This document shows positions 63,846 to 64,000 of a DNA stretch of 64,000 nt, in pieces. Each line of letters begins with the position of its first letter. The first letter of the stretch is position 1. Source of the stretch: an uncultured Sphingomonadales bacterium (GTDB lineage: Bacteria > Pseudomonadota > Alphaproteobacteria > Sphingomonadales > CAKZYD01); assembly GCA_964590595.1 (NCBI GenBank), contig CAZPXQ010000009.1, forward strand, positions 5,536-69,535. The letters run 5' to 3'. The notes under the pieces are model-generated. The model saw nothing but the letters and a program-made list of their open reading frames with translations. It had not been told where the DNA came from and did not search any database. The translations under genes and the position numbers were made by a program.

Positions 63846-64000
63846 GCGGGGTGATCCATCGCAAGGTCAAGGCGGATGACGATGGCGTGCGGCTAGACCG
63901 CTGGTTCAAGCGGCATTTCCCCGAACTGGGCCATGGTGCCTTGGCCAAAATGTGCCGCACCGGACAAATCCGGGTCGACGGCAAGCGAGTCGACACCAGC
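63842..64000 (+). CDS. rluC: RluA-family pseudouridine synthase (RluC-like), 3'-truncated
   Basis: Own translation MSGVIHRKVKADDDGVRLDRWFKRHF...RTGQIRVDGKR (S4 domain); ATGA overlap with crcB. Confidence 0.85.
   Translation, partial: MSGVIHRKVKADDDGVRLDRWFKRHFPELGHGALAKMCRTGQIRVDGKRVDTS

Overview
High-GC alphaproteobacterial chromosome segment, Sphingomonadales-like by gene content and order (inferred, not database-verified). Most of it is conserved core: valS; a Tad/Cpa pilus cluster; mscS/mscL; typA; cpdR; tkt-gap-pgk-fbaB-thiE; zapA-6S RNA-ygfA; yebC-ruvCAB-ybgC-tolQRAB-pal-cpoB-tilS-ftsH-folP-glmM-thiD; serC-serA-hisZ-purA; crcB-rluC. The strongest candidate for a novel system is at 4429-5058. 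There a stand-alone 96-aa GIY-YIG nuclease gene sits inside an array of seven alternating, inverted CGTC-tagged palindromic repeats (REP/BIME-like, 96-bp period), in the slot where a RAYT transposase sits in GTAG-REP systems. A degenerate nuclease-free doublet of the same family lies at 24360-24441. Other notable items: a PEP-CTERM gene with a sigma-54 promoter and enhancer site; a PlcP-like phosphoesterase + GT4 glycosyltransferase + divergent lipid kinase module with a Pho-box-like sequence; a CpaF ATPase with a duplicated N-terminal domain in a Tad cluster lacking a visible Flp pilin; an MmgR/suhB-type sRNA; 6S RNA; and a serC leader. All calls come from reading the sequence; no searches were run. 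Start codons were adjusted by eye.
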